IMG/VR virus record: IMGVR_UViG_3300047567_000025
Span: 64,001-128,000 of that record
DNA: 64,000 nucleotides
DNA from: a virus
Taxonomy: Duplodnaviria > Caudoviricetes
Strand: one strand, 5' to 3'
Under the pieces are notes generated by a model. The model searched no databases, had not been told where the DNA came from, and was given only the letters and a program-made list of their open reading frames with translations. A program made the translations under genes and the position numbers. Below, piece after piece: positions 21,894-32,848 of this stretch (position 1 is its first letter; each line of letters begins with the position of its first letter).

Positions 21894-21962
21894 TGATAAA
21901 ACACTCCTTTATTATTTTAAGTTTAATGAATACTGTAATAGATTTATTACAGAAGACATTTG

Positions 21963-22574
21963 TTAATTATTTTTAATCTTTTTAAGATTAGCATCAATCG
22001 AATTAAGTAGTAATGTATATAAGCTATCTAGCTTCTGATAAAATAGAAGATTTTCGCCATATCCAGAATCTACAAAATTGTTGATAACATATTGCTGTCC
22101 TTTAAGAAGAGCTGATTTAAGACGATTTAAACTGATATCATTGCTTTGCACGATATCATATGGAAGAACTGGCACGATTATCTGCATATTATTAATGATT
22201 TCATTAATTTCGTTATTTCTATCAGACATTTGCTGATATAGACGCTGATTAAGAATATCATTAGCTTTTTTCGATAATTTTTTATCTTCCTTATTTTCAT
22301 CGCTTGATTCATCAGTGCTATCATCCGAATTGTTATCGGTGTCAGTTGTCGTATCATCGAATGAGGCATCTTCGTCCGCAGACAGCGGAGGCGGATCATC
22401 CGCACTCTGAGTCGTATCGGATTCAGGATCGGCTGGTTGATCCGATGAAGCAGCTGTATCTGCTTCTGCAGGCGCATCATTATCCGTTCCTGCAGGAGCT
22501 TCGTCGAATGACTGTAGCATATCTCCTTCGGCTTCCATTACCATCATAAAAATGTCTTTCGCCATATTAATCAT
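21963..22574 (-). CDS. Acidic prohead core/scaffold-like protein
   Basis: 203 aa; very acidic disordered N-half after VMEAE; immediately upstream of the capsid gene. Confidence 0.45.
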   Translation of the reverse strand: MINMAKDIFMMVMEAEGDMLQSFDEAPAGTDNDAPAEADTAASSDQPADPESDTTQSADDPPPLSADEDASFDDTTTDTDNNSDDSTDESSDENKEDKKLSKKANDILNQRLYQQMSDRNNEINEIINNMQIIVPVLPYDIVQSNDISLNRLKSALLKGQQYVINNFVDSGYGENLLFYQKLDSLYTLLLNSIDANLKKIKNN

Positions 22575-22579
22575 CTCCG

Positions 22580-25318
22580 TTATGCGATACTTCTCGGGTG
22601 CTTAATTTTTGATTTAGATGAGTCTAGCATTATTGATTGCATTTTGCTTCTCAATCTCATCATTTCCCACTTAGATTTATTACTATCTGGAGTATTTAAC
22701 TGGTCAGCCTTTTCTATCTTATCATTAAGGATTTCTAATTCTGCACCGAATTCATCTTGAACTTCGTTCTTCAAACGTTGTTTATCGGCAAGTTTAGCTC
22801 CTTCAATAGCAACATATGCTGCACCAAGATACCCATTAATAGTAAAGCATATCCCTGTGAGGCCAAATTTGAGTGCTAATCGACCAGCTTTGTACAAAGC
22901 TGTCCTATAGCTTGGGCTTTCAATTATTTCAGCCTTTACTTTATCTTCATCACGTTTTATTAGTGAATCGACAATGCCCGTTAGCCATTTTTTTGTACGG
23001 TCGAGAGGCTTGAAAATTGCTTTACCTGTACCTACTATGTGTTGTGCTTTTTTCTTAACACCCTGTTGTGCTGCTAATGTTTTTCTATCTCGATCCATAG
23101 CGGATGTTAATAGATCTCCCTTTGGAGGTTTTCCAGCATCGTTTCCACTAGATAGGGGCTCTTCGGATTCAAGGAACGTAAACATCTCTTGAATTGATTT
23201 TCCACTTGAAAGTTTTTGTTCATCATCACGTGCACGTATTGAATCTTTAGTATCAAGGGAATCGCTGCTATTATTATAATGGTTAACATCCTTATCAATA
23301 GTATTTTTATCAGTTTCTGGAATATTTGCATTTTCATGTGTTGATGAATTAGTCATAGCCGTTTTATTGGTAGAACTGTCATTGTTAGAATTATTATTAG
23401 AAACATGCGTTTCTGTCTTTTTATTAGATGATAAATCATTATTGTTAGATACATTGCTTGATGTACTATTAGAACTCTTATTGAAAGAATTAGTATAGTT
23501 ATTTGTTATATTATAAACAACTTTGCCTTCTTCATTATTCTTATTAGGATTTTCATTATAACCAGTGCCAAGAGCATCAGATAAATCGCCACCAGAATCA
23601 ATTCGTGCGTTTATTGAAGTGGCAAGTTCATCAACACTATTGCTTGGAACATCTACGTTTGTTATATTTACCTTTGGAGGAGAGCCATTCCCGTCAGATA
23701 TGTTCATACGAGTTTTTATATAATCCGGAATATCACCAGTCTCAACCTCCTGAACAAAGCCATTCGGAATAGCACTATATGATTCTCCAATATAATGATC
23801 AATCATAATCGGTGATGTGTTACTGTTATACATTCTATCACCAAGACAACTGATTTCCGATAAAAGAATTGATTGATAATGCTCACAGAAATTCATTTCG
23901 GCAGTCGACATATAACCATATTCTTTAAGTTTATCAGATACATATTCCATTACTTCAGAAGAAGTCGTAGGCTCATCTTCAGAATCCTCATCTTTTTGGT
24001 ACACGTTGTTTGCATGTGAAAGCTTATTGATACGGCCTCGTATCGATTTGACAAAACTGTCCTCTGACGGATACATTTCATCTTTAACTTCTTTTGGTAT
24101 TAGATTATATAATATATCAAAATATATACGAGAATCAAATATATTAAATATTGAAAGAATCTTATTATTTGTAATAATAGCATTTTCATCATTAAAGAGT
24201 TTTAATGTTAAAAAATCCTCAATAAATTTAATAGTGCCTTCTTTATCAATTTTAAAGGTTGAGAATATATCATAATTCTGAAATCTCTTAGCTCCATTAT
24301 TTCCTTCTATGATAGAATCATATGATTTTGTATAATCTTTAAGCTTTTCTGATACTTCATCAAATGAAAACTTTTCTGTATTATCAAATACTTTATTAAG
24401 TATATATGGAGACACTGTATCCGGCAATATTGTGCTATAGCTTTTAGCTGCATCACTTTTAAAGAAATTACCAAGATCCTTCACATTTTCGCATTTGCGA
24501 ATTTCAGTCAGCAATTCTGTTATTGTTTTTTTAAATTGATTCGAAATAGTAAAACTATTTGTTTTCGGATCATATTTAATATGCTCAGGTTTTAATTCTT
24601 TGAAGTAGTTGATTTCAGCCGCTTCTTGAACGGATTCATCTGAGTCGACGACAATTTCAATATCCGAATTTATATCAATATTATTATCAACACGAGAAAT
24701 CTCCGTATCAAGTTTTAATTCATCAGGTAATATAATCTGTGTTGTATTATCAAAAATACCAGTAACATATTTTGTTGAATCAAATAAAGTGAATTGTGTA
24801 TCACCCATAATAGTTGATATCTCGTCAAGTGGTATTGGTTGTGAAAACAATTCTGTCACATTTTTAAACAAAGATGTTTTCATAAACAGATCGAAAGTAT
24901 AAATACCATTAATAAATTCAGTAAATTCATTAAAATGGTCTGATATATACTTGAGGATTTTAAATCCGATAAAAGCATTAATATGATCAAGCAATTCGGT
25001 GTCATTAGAATCGACAAGTGATTGATATATGCTAACTTCAGGATTGTTGGATTTAAGCTTTTCATTGTTCGGATCATTTAATGCATTTATAATATCTTCA
25101 ATTTTATCCGGATCATTAATCCATGTTGGATCAACCAAATTTAGCCAACTAAGAATATTCATGATAGTGCCATCAATCTGGAATTCTGAATCGATATCAG
25201 GGAAATCCTTCTTCTTAAAATTAGAAGAAAAGAAATCATTAAGACTGCCGATGGCAGTCTTAATGTTATCGAAATATTCCTTCTTAATGACAATCATCTT
25301 ATTAGAAGATATTGCCAT
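22580..25318 (-). CDS. Large inner-head/virion protein
   Basis: 912 aa; SVQEAA, FVQEVE and SIQEMF motifs; Asn/Ser-rich linker; lies between the protease and capsid genes. Confidence 0.5.
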   Translation of the reverse strand: MAISSNKMIVIKKEYFDNIKTAIGSLNDFFSSNFKKKDFPDIDSEFQIDGTIMNILSWLNLVDPTWINDPDKIEDIINALNDPNNEKLKSNNPEVSIYQSLVDSNDTELLDHINAFIGFKILKYISDHFNEFTEFINGIYTFDLFMKTSLFKNVTELFSQPIPLDEISTIMGDTQFTLFDSTKYVTGIFDNTTQIILPDELKLDTEISRVDNNIDINSDIEIVVDSDESVQEAAEINYFKELKPEHIKYDPKTNSFTISNQFKKTITELLTEIRKCENVKDLGNFFKSDAAKSYSTILPDTVSPYILNKVFDNTEKFSFDEVSEKLKDYTKSYDSIIEGNNGAKRFQNYDIFSTFKIDKEGTIKFIEDFLTLKLFNDENAIITNNKILSIFNIFDSRIYFDILYNLIPKEVKDEMYPSEDSFVKSIRGRINKLSHANNVYQKDEDSEDEPTTSSEVMEYVSDKLKEYGYMSTAEMNFCEHYQSILLSEISCLGDRMYNSNTSPIMIDHYIGESYSAIPNGFVQEVETGDIPDYIKTRMNISDGNGSPPKVNITNVDVPSNSVDELATSINARIDSGGDLSDALGTGYNENPNKNNEEGKVVYNITNNYTNSFNKSSNSTSSNVSNNNDLSSNKKTETHVSNNNSNNDSSTNKTAMTNSSTHENANIPETDKNTIDKDVNHYNNSSDSLDTKDSIRARDDEQKLSSGKSIQEMFTFLESEEPLSSGNDAGKPPKGDLLTSAMDRDRKTLAAQQGVKKKAQHIVGTGKAIFKPLDRTKKWLTGIVDSLIKRDEDKVKAEIIESPSYRTALYKAGRLALKFGLTGICFTINGYLGAAYVAIEGAKLADKQRLKNEVQDEFGAELEILNDKIEKADQLNTPDSNKSKWEMMRLRSKMQSIMLDSSKSKIKHPRSIA

Positions 25319-25322
25319 TCTA

Positions 25323-26165
25323 TTAGATACCTCTTTTCATAATAAGTGAAAGGGCTTCTCTGCGAATGTCACCCTTGAGTGGAATATGTATTTTTGATGA
25401 ATCAGCCTGCTCGATGACAATATTTCCATTATGGATACCCATGATTTCATCTGTTGATATTTGAAAAGATTCACAAACAACTTGCATTGTCTCATCCTGT
25501 TCAACACAGTATTTTGATAATTCTTTCAGGAATACAACATTAGCAGATTCCTGAACAGTAGCAACAATGTCAGCATTAGCATCTGCATGTGATGGATAAT
25601 CAACCATATCAAATGTTATTACTTTCGTAACACGCATATTAGGCTGATTAATAGGTGCATTAGGAATCATGATACCTAATAAACGTACTGAAAAAGATGG
25701 TACAGCACCAAGATCAATTATTTCAGATGTAACAGCACGACCACAATCTGTTGAAGGATGTGTCGTTATTGTTGCCTTATATTTATTTCCAATAAATTTA
25801 TCATTAGAAATAAAATGAGAAGTTCTCATAGGTTCAGGAATTGTCATTCTGATGTCAGAATACTGCTGTCCTTTAATTTCTGGATTAGGGTGATTCCATT
25901 CGCCACGCCATTTATTTTGAGCCTTAAGTGTTTGAAGCCGTTCGTCCGTTGTAACTACATTTTTTGCATTTTGCAGGTCATACCATCGATGCATTCTATT
26001 GTAACCATCAAAAGTCCATAAAGTTGAACCGAACTTGACAAATGGTTTGCCTTCTGATGATTTTTTAATAGTATAACCTCCTGGAGTTAGCTCGGATGAA
26101 GTTGGTGCTTCCTGAACGAAACACGCAGTTTCATATTTATTAGTCTGCGTTGATTTCAATGGCAT
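25323..26165 (-). CDS. Prohead core protease (T4 gp21 / phiKZ gp175-like)
   Basis: GEWNHP (catalytic His), PSFSVR (catalytic Ser) and ITFDMVDYPSH motifs; the domain is flanked by FVQEA and TVQES. Confidence 0.85.
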   Translation of the reverse strand: MPLKSTQTNKYETACFVQEAPTSSELTPGGYTIKKSSEGKPFVKFGSTLWTFDGYNRMHRWYDLQNAKNVVTTDERLQTLKAQNKWRGEWNHPNPEIKGQQYSDIRMTIPEPMRTSHFISNDKFIGNKYKATITTHPSTDCGRAVTSEIIDLGAVPSFSVRLLGIMIPNAPINQPNMRVTKVITFDMVDYPSHADANADIVATVQESANVVFLKELSKYCVEQDETMQVVCESFQISTDEIMGIHNGNIVIEQADSSKIHIPLKGDIRREALSLIMKRGI

Positions 26166-26167
26166 GA

Positions 26168-27487
26168 TTAATCACCTTTCTTTGCAAGCTTAAGGAATAA
26201 TGAATGCTCATATCTATTCATAGCTTCTTCAGCATTAGCAGCAAACTGAAGCTGGTCTCTTCCAGATAATGACATATATGCCTTGTACACTGCACGTGCC
26301 CATTCTTCGGAAGAATTTGTATCACGTGCTTCTGACAGGATATCTTCTACATTAAGTTCTGCATGACCATGTGAGATATCTTTCACGAGTTTAATGATTT
26401 CAGGCAATCTTCCAGTGGCATTTCCAGTGGCAGCTTCCTGAGTAACATCAGCCTTATTACCATCAACAGTACCATCTGCAATGGATTCTGCCTTGTCAAT
26501 AATAGTTACAAACTCTGCCAATGTATTAGTTGTATCCATTGAAATTTTCTGAAATTCATTTAAATTATTCGTAAAAGACTTTGCTTCTTCATCGGACATA
26601 GATGTCTTAAGTACAGCTAAATCTTTGGATGCTCCATCATTTCCTTTTCCAAAACAAGATTTAAGATAGTCAGCACATTTACGCATTTTCTTGGCAGATT
26701 CTAGCACTTTAGATATACTGTATGTTTTCTCTTCTGTAATTTTCTTATTAATACTAGCATTACGATTTTTAACAAAATCAGCCATGCTAGCAGCGAGCTG
26801 CTTAATTTTAGCAGGATCCTTTGTAATAGCAGAATCATTTGCAAGTGGCATAATTTTAGTTTCAACATATGTTACAAATTCGTCGCATTCATTTATATCA
26901 TACCATGAAGATATTGTTCCTTTAGTAAGGTCAATGTCTGTCTGCTTATCTGTCTTCTTGGATTTATATCTAAGCACTTCACCAGCTGCAGAAGCCAATA
27001 CAAGTGCTCCTGTACCGATTGCAATTTCTTTACCATGTGTATTAAAGAATCCTTGCACTTTTTTAATTGTTTTCTTTGTTTCTTCAGGACCATTCTTTGC
27101 TTTAGCATTTACATTTTTCTGAAGCTTATCAATTTTATTTTCGTCAAACTTTTTATTGATTGCATTAAAAATCATCTGGAATACTCTTGGTATAAATTTT
27201 ATTATACTCATGATAATACTCTCTTTTTCAGTTGTGCCTTCTTTATATCTTCGGAATGCTGTTTCCTTAGTTTCGCTATCATCTGTAGGAACAGCAGCTT
27301 CCTGTGCAAAAGATTCCTGAAAAATAGAGAAATCTGATATAGAGTCTCCATCATAATTTTCAAGGATTGTAAGTGCTTTTGAATACGAATCGAGCATTGA
27401 AGAGATAACGGTCGATTCAGCAGTAATCTCAGCGTCGATTATTTCATCGACAGAATCCATAAGGTCTGTAATAATTTCGGATTTCAT
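26168..27487 (-). CDS. Inner-head paralog family protein 1
   Basis: N-terminal DSY.KA.TI.ENY.GD....FSIFQE leader and FIPR motif shared with three other ORFs. Confidence 0.6.
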   Translation of the reverse strand: MKSEIITDLMDSVDEIIDAEITAESTVISSMLDSYSKALTILENYDGDSISDFSIFQESFAQEAAVPTDDSETKETAFRRYKEGTTEKESIIMSIIKFIPRVFQMIFNAINKKFDENKIDKLQKNVNAKAKNGPEETKKTIKKVQGFFNTHGKEIAIGTGALVLASAAGEVLRYKSKKTDKQTDIDLTKGTISSWYDINECDEFVTYVETKIMPLANDSAITKDPAKIKQLAASMADFVKNRNASINKKITEEKTYSISKVLESAKKMRKCADYLKSCFGKGNDGASKDLAVLKTSMSDEEAKSFTNNLNEFQKISMDTTNTLAEFVTIIDKAESIADGTVDGNKADVTQEAATGNATGRLPEIIKLVKDISHGHAELNVEDILSEARDTNSSEEWARAVYKAYMSLSGRDQLQFAANAEEAMNRYEHSLFLKLAKKGD

Positions 27488-27533
27488 AATAATTACTCAC
27501 TTTCTATATTTTTTAATATTTATAATGAATGAT

Positions 27534-28961
27534 TTATTCAACCATTGCATTTTTTACATCGTCTGACATATCTCTAACGAGTTCAACATACTGATTTATG
27601 CATGTACATGACTGAATGAGATTTGTCTGAATATTGCATATCATCTGCAAATCCTTAGCTGTCTCAGAATCGATAACAGATTTTGATTTTGATGCTTTCT
27701 GATTAATTGTATTCAGTAAGTTTTCGCATGTATTCAGCGAAGTATTTAAAACCATAACTAATTGCTTTTGACTTTCAACATATTCATTCAATGTGTATTT
27801 ACAATCGTTCTGAGTAGCACTTTCTAGATGTGCTTTTGCATTGTCCCTAAAACTTTTATTAAACTCAATTCCATTAGGGTATGGTGCTCCTGTTGTAACA
27901 TATCGATCGACATATTTCATGAATGTGTTGCATTGCTTTATCCAGTTACATAATTTACTATGACTGAGCGGTATGGTAAGTTGATCACGTGCCGCATTAT
28001 AATTAATATCTTCTTCATTTATAATTGATGGATCTTTTTTAATTTTAAAGCCCGGAATATAAATTAGTATAGTCTTTATAAAACGCTTAATTGATTCAAT
28101 AGCTTTATGTGCAAAATTAACACAGATTCTAGCGGCTTCTTGCACTTTTTCTGCAGATTTTTCAAGAGCATCTACAGCTGGTTGAACAGCATTTGTAATT
28201 TTGTCACCAACCTGTTGAATCTTATCATTAGCAGTATTTGTAATTTTGTTGCTAACCTGCTGACTCTTATCACTAGCAGCATTAACAGCTTTATCCTTAA
28301 CTTTATTGACACCTTTTTTTGTAACGTTTGCAATATTATCGCGCTGATTATATGCTATAGCACCAGCACCTGCTATGACAGCTGTCTTTGCAACAAACTT
28401 GCCTACTTTTCTGATTCGCGCACTCTTTCTTCTTTCTTTATCAATACCGTGTACTATATCTATTATTTCTTTTTTATTAAAAGAAACTTCATTATTATTA
28501 TTACTCGATTCTTGTGAATTGGTGTTAACCGTTGTAGACGCATTTGCAATTGCATTATCACATATTTCTTTTTCACCATCAGTCATATCATTGATTGCAG
28601 TTACATTGTTTTCAAGCTTTTCTACGCTATTCTTATTCATTTTCTTTTTGATACAATCAATCAAAAATTTGATAAGACGAGGAATAGCATATAAAACACT
28701 TTTGACAATACTTTCTTTATTTCCATCAGCGTCCGTCTGACGAAACGTAAAGTTACTTTTGTCGTTTTCATCTGCCTCTAAAATGAAGCCTTCCTGAAAA
28801 ATAGAGAAATCAGTTATAGAGTCTCCATTATAGTTCTCCATGATAGTTAATGCTTTCTGATAAGAATCTACTAATGCGTTTGTTACTTCAAGCTCATATT
28901 CCATAATAGTATCATCAATATCATTTATATAGCTTAGCATTTCTTCAATATAAGTCATCAT
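27534..28961 (-). CDS. Inner-head paralog family protein 2
   Basis: Same leader (DSYQKALTIMENYNGDSITDFSIFQEG) and AIPR motif. Confidence 0.6.
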   Translation of the reverse strand: MMTYIEEMLSYINDIDDTIMEYELEVTNALVDSYQKALTIMENYNGDSITDFSIFQEGFILEADENDKSNFTFRQTDADGNKESIVKSVLYAIPRLIKFLIDCIKKKMNKNSVEKLENNVTAINDMTDGEKEICDNAIANASTTVNTNSQESSNNNNEVSFNKKEIIDIVHGIDKERRKSARIRKVGKFVAKTAVIAGAGAIAYNQRDNIANVTKKGVNKVKDKAVNAASDKSQQVSNKITNTANDKIQQVGDKITNAVQPAVDALEKSAEKVQEAARICVNFAHKAIESIKRFIKTILIYIPGFKIKKDPSIINEEDINYNAARDQLTIPLSHSKLCNWIKQCNTFMKYVDRYVTTGAPYPNGIEFNKSFRDNAKAHLESATQNDCKYTLNEYVESQKQLVMVLNTSLNTCENLLNTINQKASKSKSVIDSETAKDLQMICNIQTNLIQSCTCINQYVELVRDMSDDVKNAMVE

Positions 28962-28975
28962 TATTCACCCCTTTA

Positions 28976-30175
28976 TTATTTAGAATCATTTGTTCGATCA
29001 AGTATATACGTTGCTATGAGACAAATATATGCTTTTATTATACTTATATCAACACCATATTTGTGTGCCAATGGATATATCAGTGGCCTTCCCTGCATAG
29101 CTCTATCGACAGCTGTTGGTAAATTAGTTATTCGACTAATAAACTTAGAGGAATTTATATCATTAATTGTGTTTGCTTCCTTAACAATGAACACATAAAA
29201 TATTGCATCCATTATTTTAGAAATATCAGAATGCTCCATTTTCATGGCAAGATTATATAAGTCATCAACTTTAACATTTTTGATACGAGCAATACCAATA
29301 TACAGATTTCCTTTACGAGCATATAGCTCATCACCAGTTTTGATTTTCCGCAAAAGATTATTTCGTAAAGATACTGTATCTTTCGTATCAAGATATTCTT
29401 CTGAGCTGTCAACATCATCGCCTGCCATATTACCTTTTTCAAGATTATCAAAATATTGATGTGCTAATAGTCTCAAATTCTGCTGGAATGATGTACGAAC
29501 ACGATTCAAAAACTTTACTAAAACCGACATAGACATATCAAGCGAAATAGATGTCTTATAGAAGCCATATGCGGTTTCTATAGTATTTCCAATCCAGTTG
29601 ATAACATTCTCAGATTTCACCAGATTCCATGAATTATCAAGTGTCATATATGTATATGACATAATTTGTTCGGTTGGATGTGGCGGATGAAAGAACTTAT
29701 TAAACACATTGTGATATATGGTTAGACCCATCTGTTGTCTTGCTGAATCACGTAGTTGACGATGTAATATCATATCAGAATAAAAAAGAACAACTGAATG
29801 AATTACATTAGTCGGCGTTGCTATAATAGTTTGGAAATCAGTTTTATCAGATACTTGTTTCAGTAATTGCTTTAATATATCTTTAAATGGTTTTGCATCA
29901 AATCCAAATAACATAAAAATATTATCAACATATCCCTTTGGAAATGAAACCTGTTTTGTTGGATATTCTTTTGAAAGCATCTCGGCATTCGCTTCAAGAA
30001 ATTCACTGCCATATTTGATATATTGTGTTTTACCAGCAGGCTTCTCAAGGACTTTTATTATTGGATCAATAATGAAAGTTCTCAAGTCATTATTAATAGG
30101 ATCATTAACAGCTTCTTGAATTAGTATTGATATTTCATCTTCGCCGTATGATTCTTCTTCTTCAAGGAAGTACAT
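28976..30175 (-). CDS. Helical virion-associated protein of unknown function
   Basis: 399 aa; acidic N-terminus ending in LIQEA; close to the RNAP beta fragment. Confidence 0.45.
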   Translation of the reverse strand: MYFLEEEESYGEDEISILIQEAVNDPINNDLRTFIIDPIIKVLEKPAGKTQYIKYGSEFLEANAEMLSKEYPTKQVSFPKGYVDNIFMLFGFDAKPFKDILKQLLKQVSDKTDFQTIIATPTNVIHSVVLFYSDMILHRQLRDSARQQMGLTIYHNVFNKFFHPPHPTEQIMSYTYMTLDNSWNLVKSENVINWIGNTIETAYGFYKTSISLDMSMSVLVKFLNRVRTSFQQNLRLLAHQYFDNLEKGNMAGDDVDSSEEYLDTKDTVSLRNNLLRKIKTGDELYARKGNLYIGIARIKNVKVDDLYNLAMKMEHSDISKIMDAIFYVFIVKEANTINDINSSKFISRITNLPTAVDRAMQGRPLIYPLAHKYGVDISIIKAYICLIATYILDRTNDSK

Positions 30176-30194
30176 TTAATCACTTCCTTCATCA

Positions 30195-30671
30195 TTAACG
30201 TTTCCAGTTTTTGTTCTTCTTATTTGGATATTTTTTATATGAATTATCAGTATTTGATGATGCATCAGATGTTTCAGTTTCTGCCATTTCTGTGTTATCC
30301 TCATTTTCAGTAATATTATCATCTGCAACATTAATGATTTCTTCATCACATGCTGCATCGCCATTGACAGCATCATTGTCAACGACTTCTGATGAAAGTT
30401 CATCTGTAGATTCCTCATTGATTAAAGTATTCTCGCATGAGACTTCGTCAGCTTCATCAGTACATTCATCTGCAGTTTTTGATATATTATTAATAAAGAA
30501 TTTTTTGATGTTTTCATTAGTAATTAGCTCTCCTGTTGTTGACGCATATACCATGAAATTTTGGAAATTAAGCAATTTGTTGATATCATTTTCTGATACA
30601 TCTCGATTATATATTGGCGCGATTTCACCGATTATTGGGACAATCCCTCTTCCTGAAATATTCACTTTCAT
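30195..30671 (-). CDS. Hypothetical protein with acidic C-half and basic tail
   Basis: 158 aa; GAGG RBS. Confidence 0.6.
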   Translation of the reverse strand: MKVNISGRGIVPIIGEIAPIYNRDVSENDINKLLNFQNFMVYASTTGELITNENIKKFFINNISKTADECTDEADEVSCENTLINEESTDELSSEVVDNDAVNGDAACDEEIINVADDNITENEDNTEMAETETSDASSNTDNSYKKYPNKKNKNWKR

Positions 30672-30722
30672 ATTTGTATTACCTCTTTCATATTAATTTA
30701 GATTAAACATATGCCCGTGGTG

Positions 30723-31466
30723 TCAACTCTTACTGTTAGACATAGCTGATTTTACTTTTTCGACACTATAATATGATTCTGATATAATATCCGTCTTTAT
30801 TCCCATCGCCTTTAGTAACAAATCGGCTTGGAGCAAAGTTGGTTTATCATAAGCATTTGTTTTAATATCAGCTAATTTAACAGAGCCATTTTCTGAAATT
30901 GAAGATATCATATTATCATATTCAGCAATATTATCTCCACGAGCACCTGATATTTCGGATAATATAACATCACCGCCAACACCAGCAAGCAATTCGTTTT
31001 CAATACCTGTTGTAGTGCCACCCTTAGAGTCGCCTTTAGCAGCACCTGTCATTTCGTCACGATTATTATCACTCAGGGTCAAACCTGTTTTTTTAGTGAC
31101 GATTTGTTGTGGACGCTTGATATTTAAATATCCAACCAATACAGGTTGTTTAGTTCTTACAGGACGGTTAGGGTTACTGGATACATGTGGCATATATACA
31201 TATTCAAATAATGGGACATTTATTATTTTAGAAGCTTTTTCAATATTTTCATATTTTAATGATCTGGATCCATCACCAAATTCTTCAATATCATATCGAA
31301 TATTGCTTTTTGGATCCGCTAAAAATTTAGTAATCCAGTCGGAGAATGCTGCATCTGACATGACTTGGAACATATCTTTGTATTTACGAGGGTTTATACC
31401 AGTAGGATCCATTGCTGATAATACATCATCAATCAATGTCTCTATCTCTTTTCTTTTGTCAGTCAA
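30723..31466 (-). CDS. rpoB: Multisubunit RNA polymerase beta subunit, C-terminal fragment (probably virion RNAP)
   Basis: PVLVGYLNIKRPQQIVTKK...RDEMTG...KGG...GIENELL matches the beta C-terminal pattern (vG.my..kL.h...K...T.QP..G...GG...GEME); TTG start with AGGAG RBS. Confidence 0.75.
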   Translation of the reverse strand: MTDKRKEIETLIDDVLSAMDPTGINPRKYKDMFQVMSDAAFSDWITKFLADPKSNIRYDIEEFGDGSRSLKYENIEKASKIINVPLFEYVYMPHVSSNPNRPVRTKQPVLVGYLNIKRPQQIVTKKTGLTLSDNNRDEMTGAAKGDSKGGTTTGIENELLAGVGGDVILSEISGARGDNIAEYDNMISSISENGSVKLADIKTNAYDKPTLLQADLLLKAMGIKTDIISESYYSVEKVKSAMSNSKS

Positions 31467-31484
31467 TTAAATCACTCCTTTCTT

Positions 31485-31964
31485 TTAGATATATGCTCGT
31501 TTAACATATAAACGATTTAATTTATCATATGATATTCCTATGATAACATGACTACTATCTGACCCATAACCAAGTCGGTCATTTCCGATGATTTCAATTA
31601 CGAGAGCATCAAACCCATCAGATGTCTTATCAAAAAGACATTCAATATTTATCCCTGATATTTCTAGACGATTACATTGATCTTTCAGTTTTGATTTAAT
31701 CGTTGCCGGAATCAAAGGATCATCTGAATATTCATGAAGATATGATTCAATATCAATACCAAGTTCAGGTATAGATGGATATTGCCCTGGCTTCATGAAT
31801 AATAGTGTCAGTACGGTATTAACACACATTTGAAAAGTACTTATAACTTTAGGCTTGTACATTGCATCCACATCCATTAGAACATCATATCCAAGTGTCT
31901 GAAATGTCCTTGGATATTTGCCAGTAACCTCAGACAAGGTTATGCCCTTTTCATCAAGAGCCAT
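31485..31964 (-). CDS. gp25-like baseplate wedge / sheath-initiator protein
   Basis: LLFMKPGQYPSIPELGIDIESYLHE matches the GPW/gp25 pattern (L.T..GE....P.fG..l..ylfe). Confidence 0.6.
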   Translation of the reverse strand: MALDEKGITLSEVTGKYPRTFQTLGYDVLMDVDAMYKPKVISTFQMCVNTVLTLLFMKPGQYPSIPELGIDIESYLHEYSDDPLIPATIKSKLKDQCNRLEISGINIECLFDKTSDGFDALVIEIIGNDRLGYGSDSSHVIIGISYDKLNRLYVKRAYI

Positions 31965-31978
31965 TCAAATCATTCCTT

Positions 31979-32725
31979 TCAATCATCTGGCCTATTATTA
32001 TCTGATTTGACATATAACTTGTCGAATTCAGTATATATTTTGTCAAATATTTTGATATAATAAATGCCAAACTTTTTACATGTATTCTTCATCATGGAAT
32101 CTTTACGATGCTCAATATCTCGATTGTGTATCATAAATGACTCATTAAATCCAGATTGTTTAATTTCGACCTCCAGATTTAGCGATGGTATGTAAAAGTC
32201 AGGAATGTATAGATGCTGTGTACCATCTTCCCACTTGTACCAATAATTATTCGGAGATGGTGCTATTATATCAGCAGGAGACCAGTTAAGCGCATGTAGA
32301 TGATCAAGAAAATCTACTTCATATGTGCCTATTACACGAAATTTATACTTTTCATTCCAAATATAATCATGTGCATTCGCATGGTTATATATCATTTTTC
32401 GTTGCATATCAGCATCATTTAGCATATGCTCTTTACCATATACTTTCATCATTCGTTCTTTCATCATTCTCGTGTATGCCTCTTTACATGCTGGATCATC
32501 ACATATTCTTTCGTATTTTAATGATTCTGTATTAAAATGAACATAATGCTTATGACATTCTGTACATAATCTGCCAATAGGCTTATTTACCAAGAGTGAA
32601 TATGCAAACTCCAGAGGATCACATTCATCTGGTATTTGATCATTATGTTTCATAGCAATATGATTGCAATATTTTTGCTTATCGTTAAATATCATAGAGC
32701 AAAAATAGCATCTTGTATTACGCAT
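31979..32725 (-). CDS. C2H2 zinc-finger plus PD-(D/E)xK (TnsA-like) endonuclease
   Basis: CYFC...HIAMKH finger, second CTEC...C...C cluster, YIPDFY...EVEIK nuclease motif; GGAGG RBS favours ATG 32725. Confidence 0.7.
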   Translation of the reverse strand: MRNTRCYFCSMIFNDKQKYCNHIAMKHNDQIPDECDPLEFAYSLLVNKPIGRLCTECHKHYVHFNTESLKYERICDDPACKEAYTRMMKERMMKVYGKEHMLNDADMQRKMIYNHANAHDYIWNEKYKFRVIGTYEVDFLDHLHALNWSPADIIAPSPNNYWYKWEDGTQHLYIPDFYIPSLNLEVEIKQSGFNESFMIHNRDIEHRKDSMMKNTCKKFGIYYIKIFDKIYTEFDKLYVKSDNNRPDD

Positions 32726-32848
32726 ATTATGTACCTCCAATATATATATGATTGATTTAGATTGTGGTTTCGTATGTATGGCAATTAATCAAAAAAAATA
32801 AAAAATAATCATAGTATTATTGTATAGCTTTAATTAGCTTACTTTTTT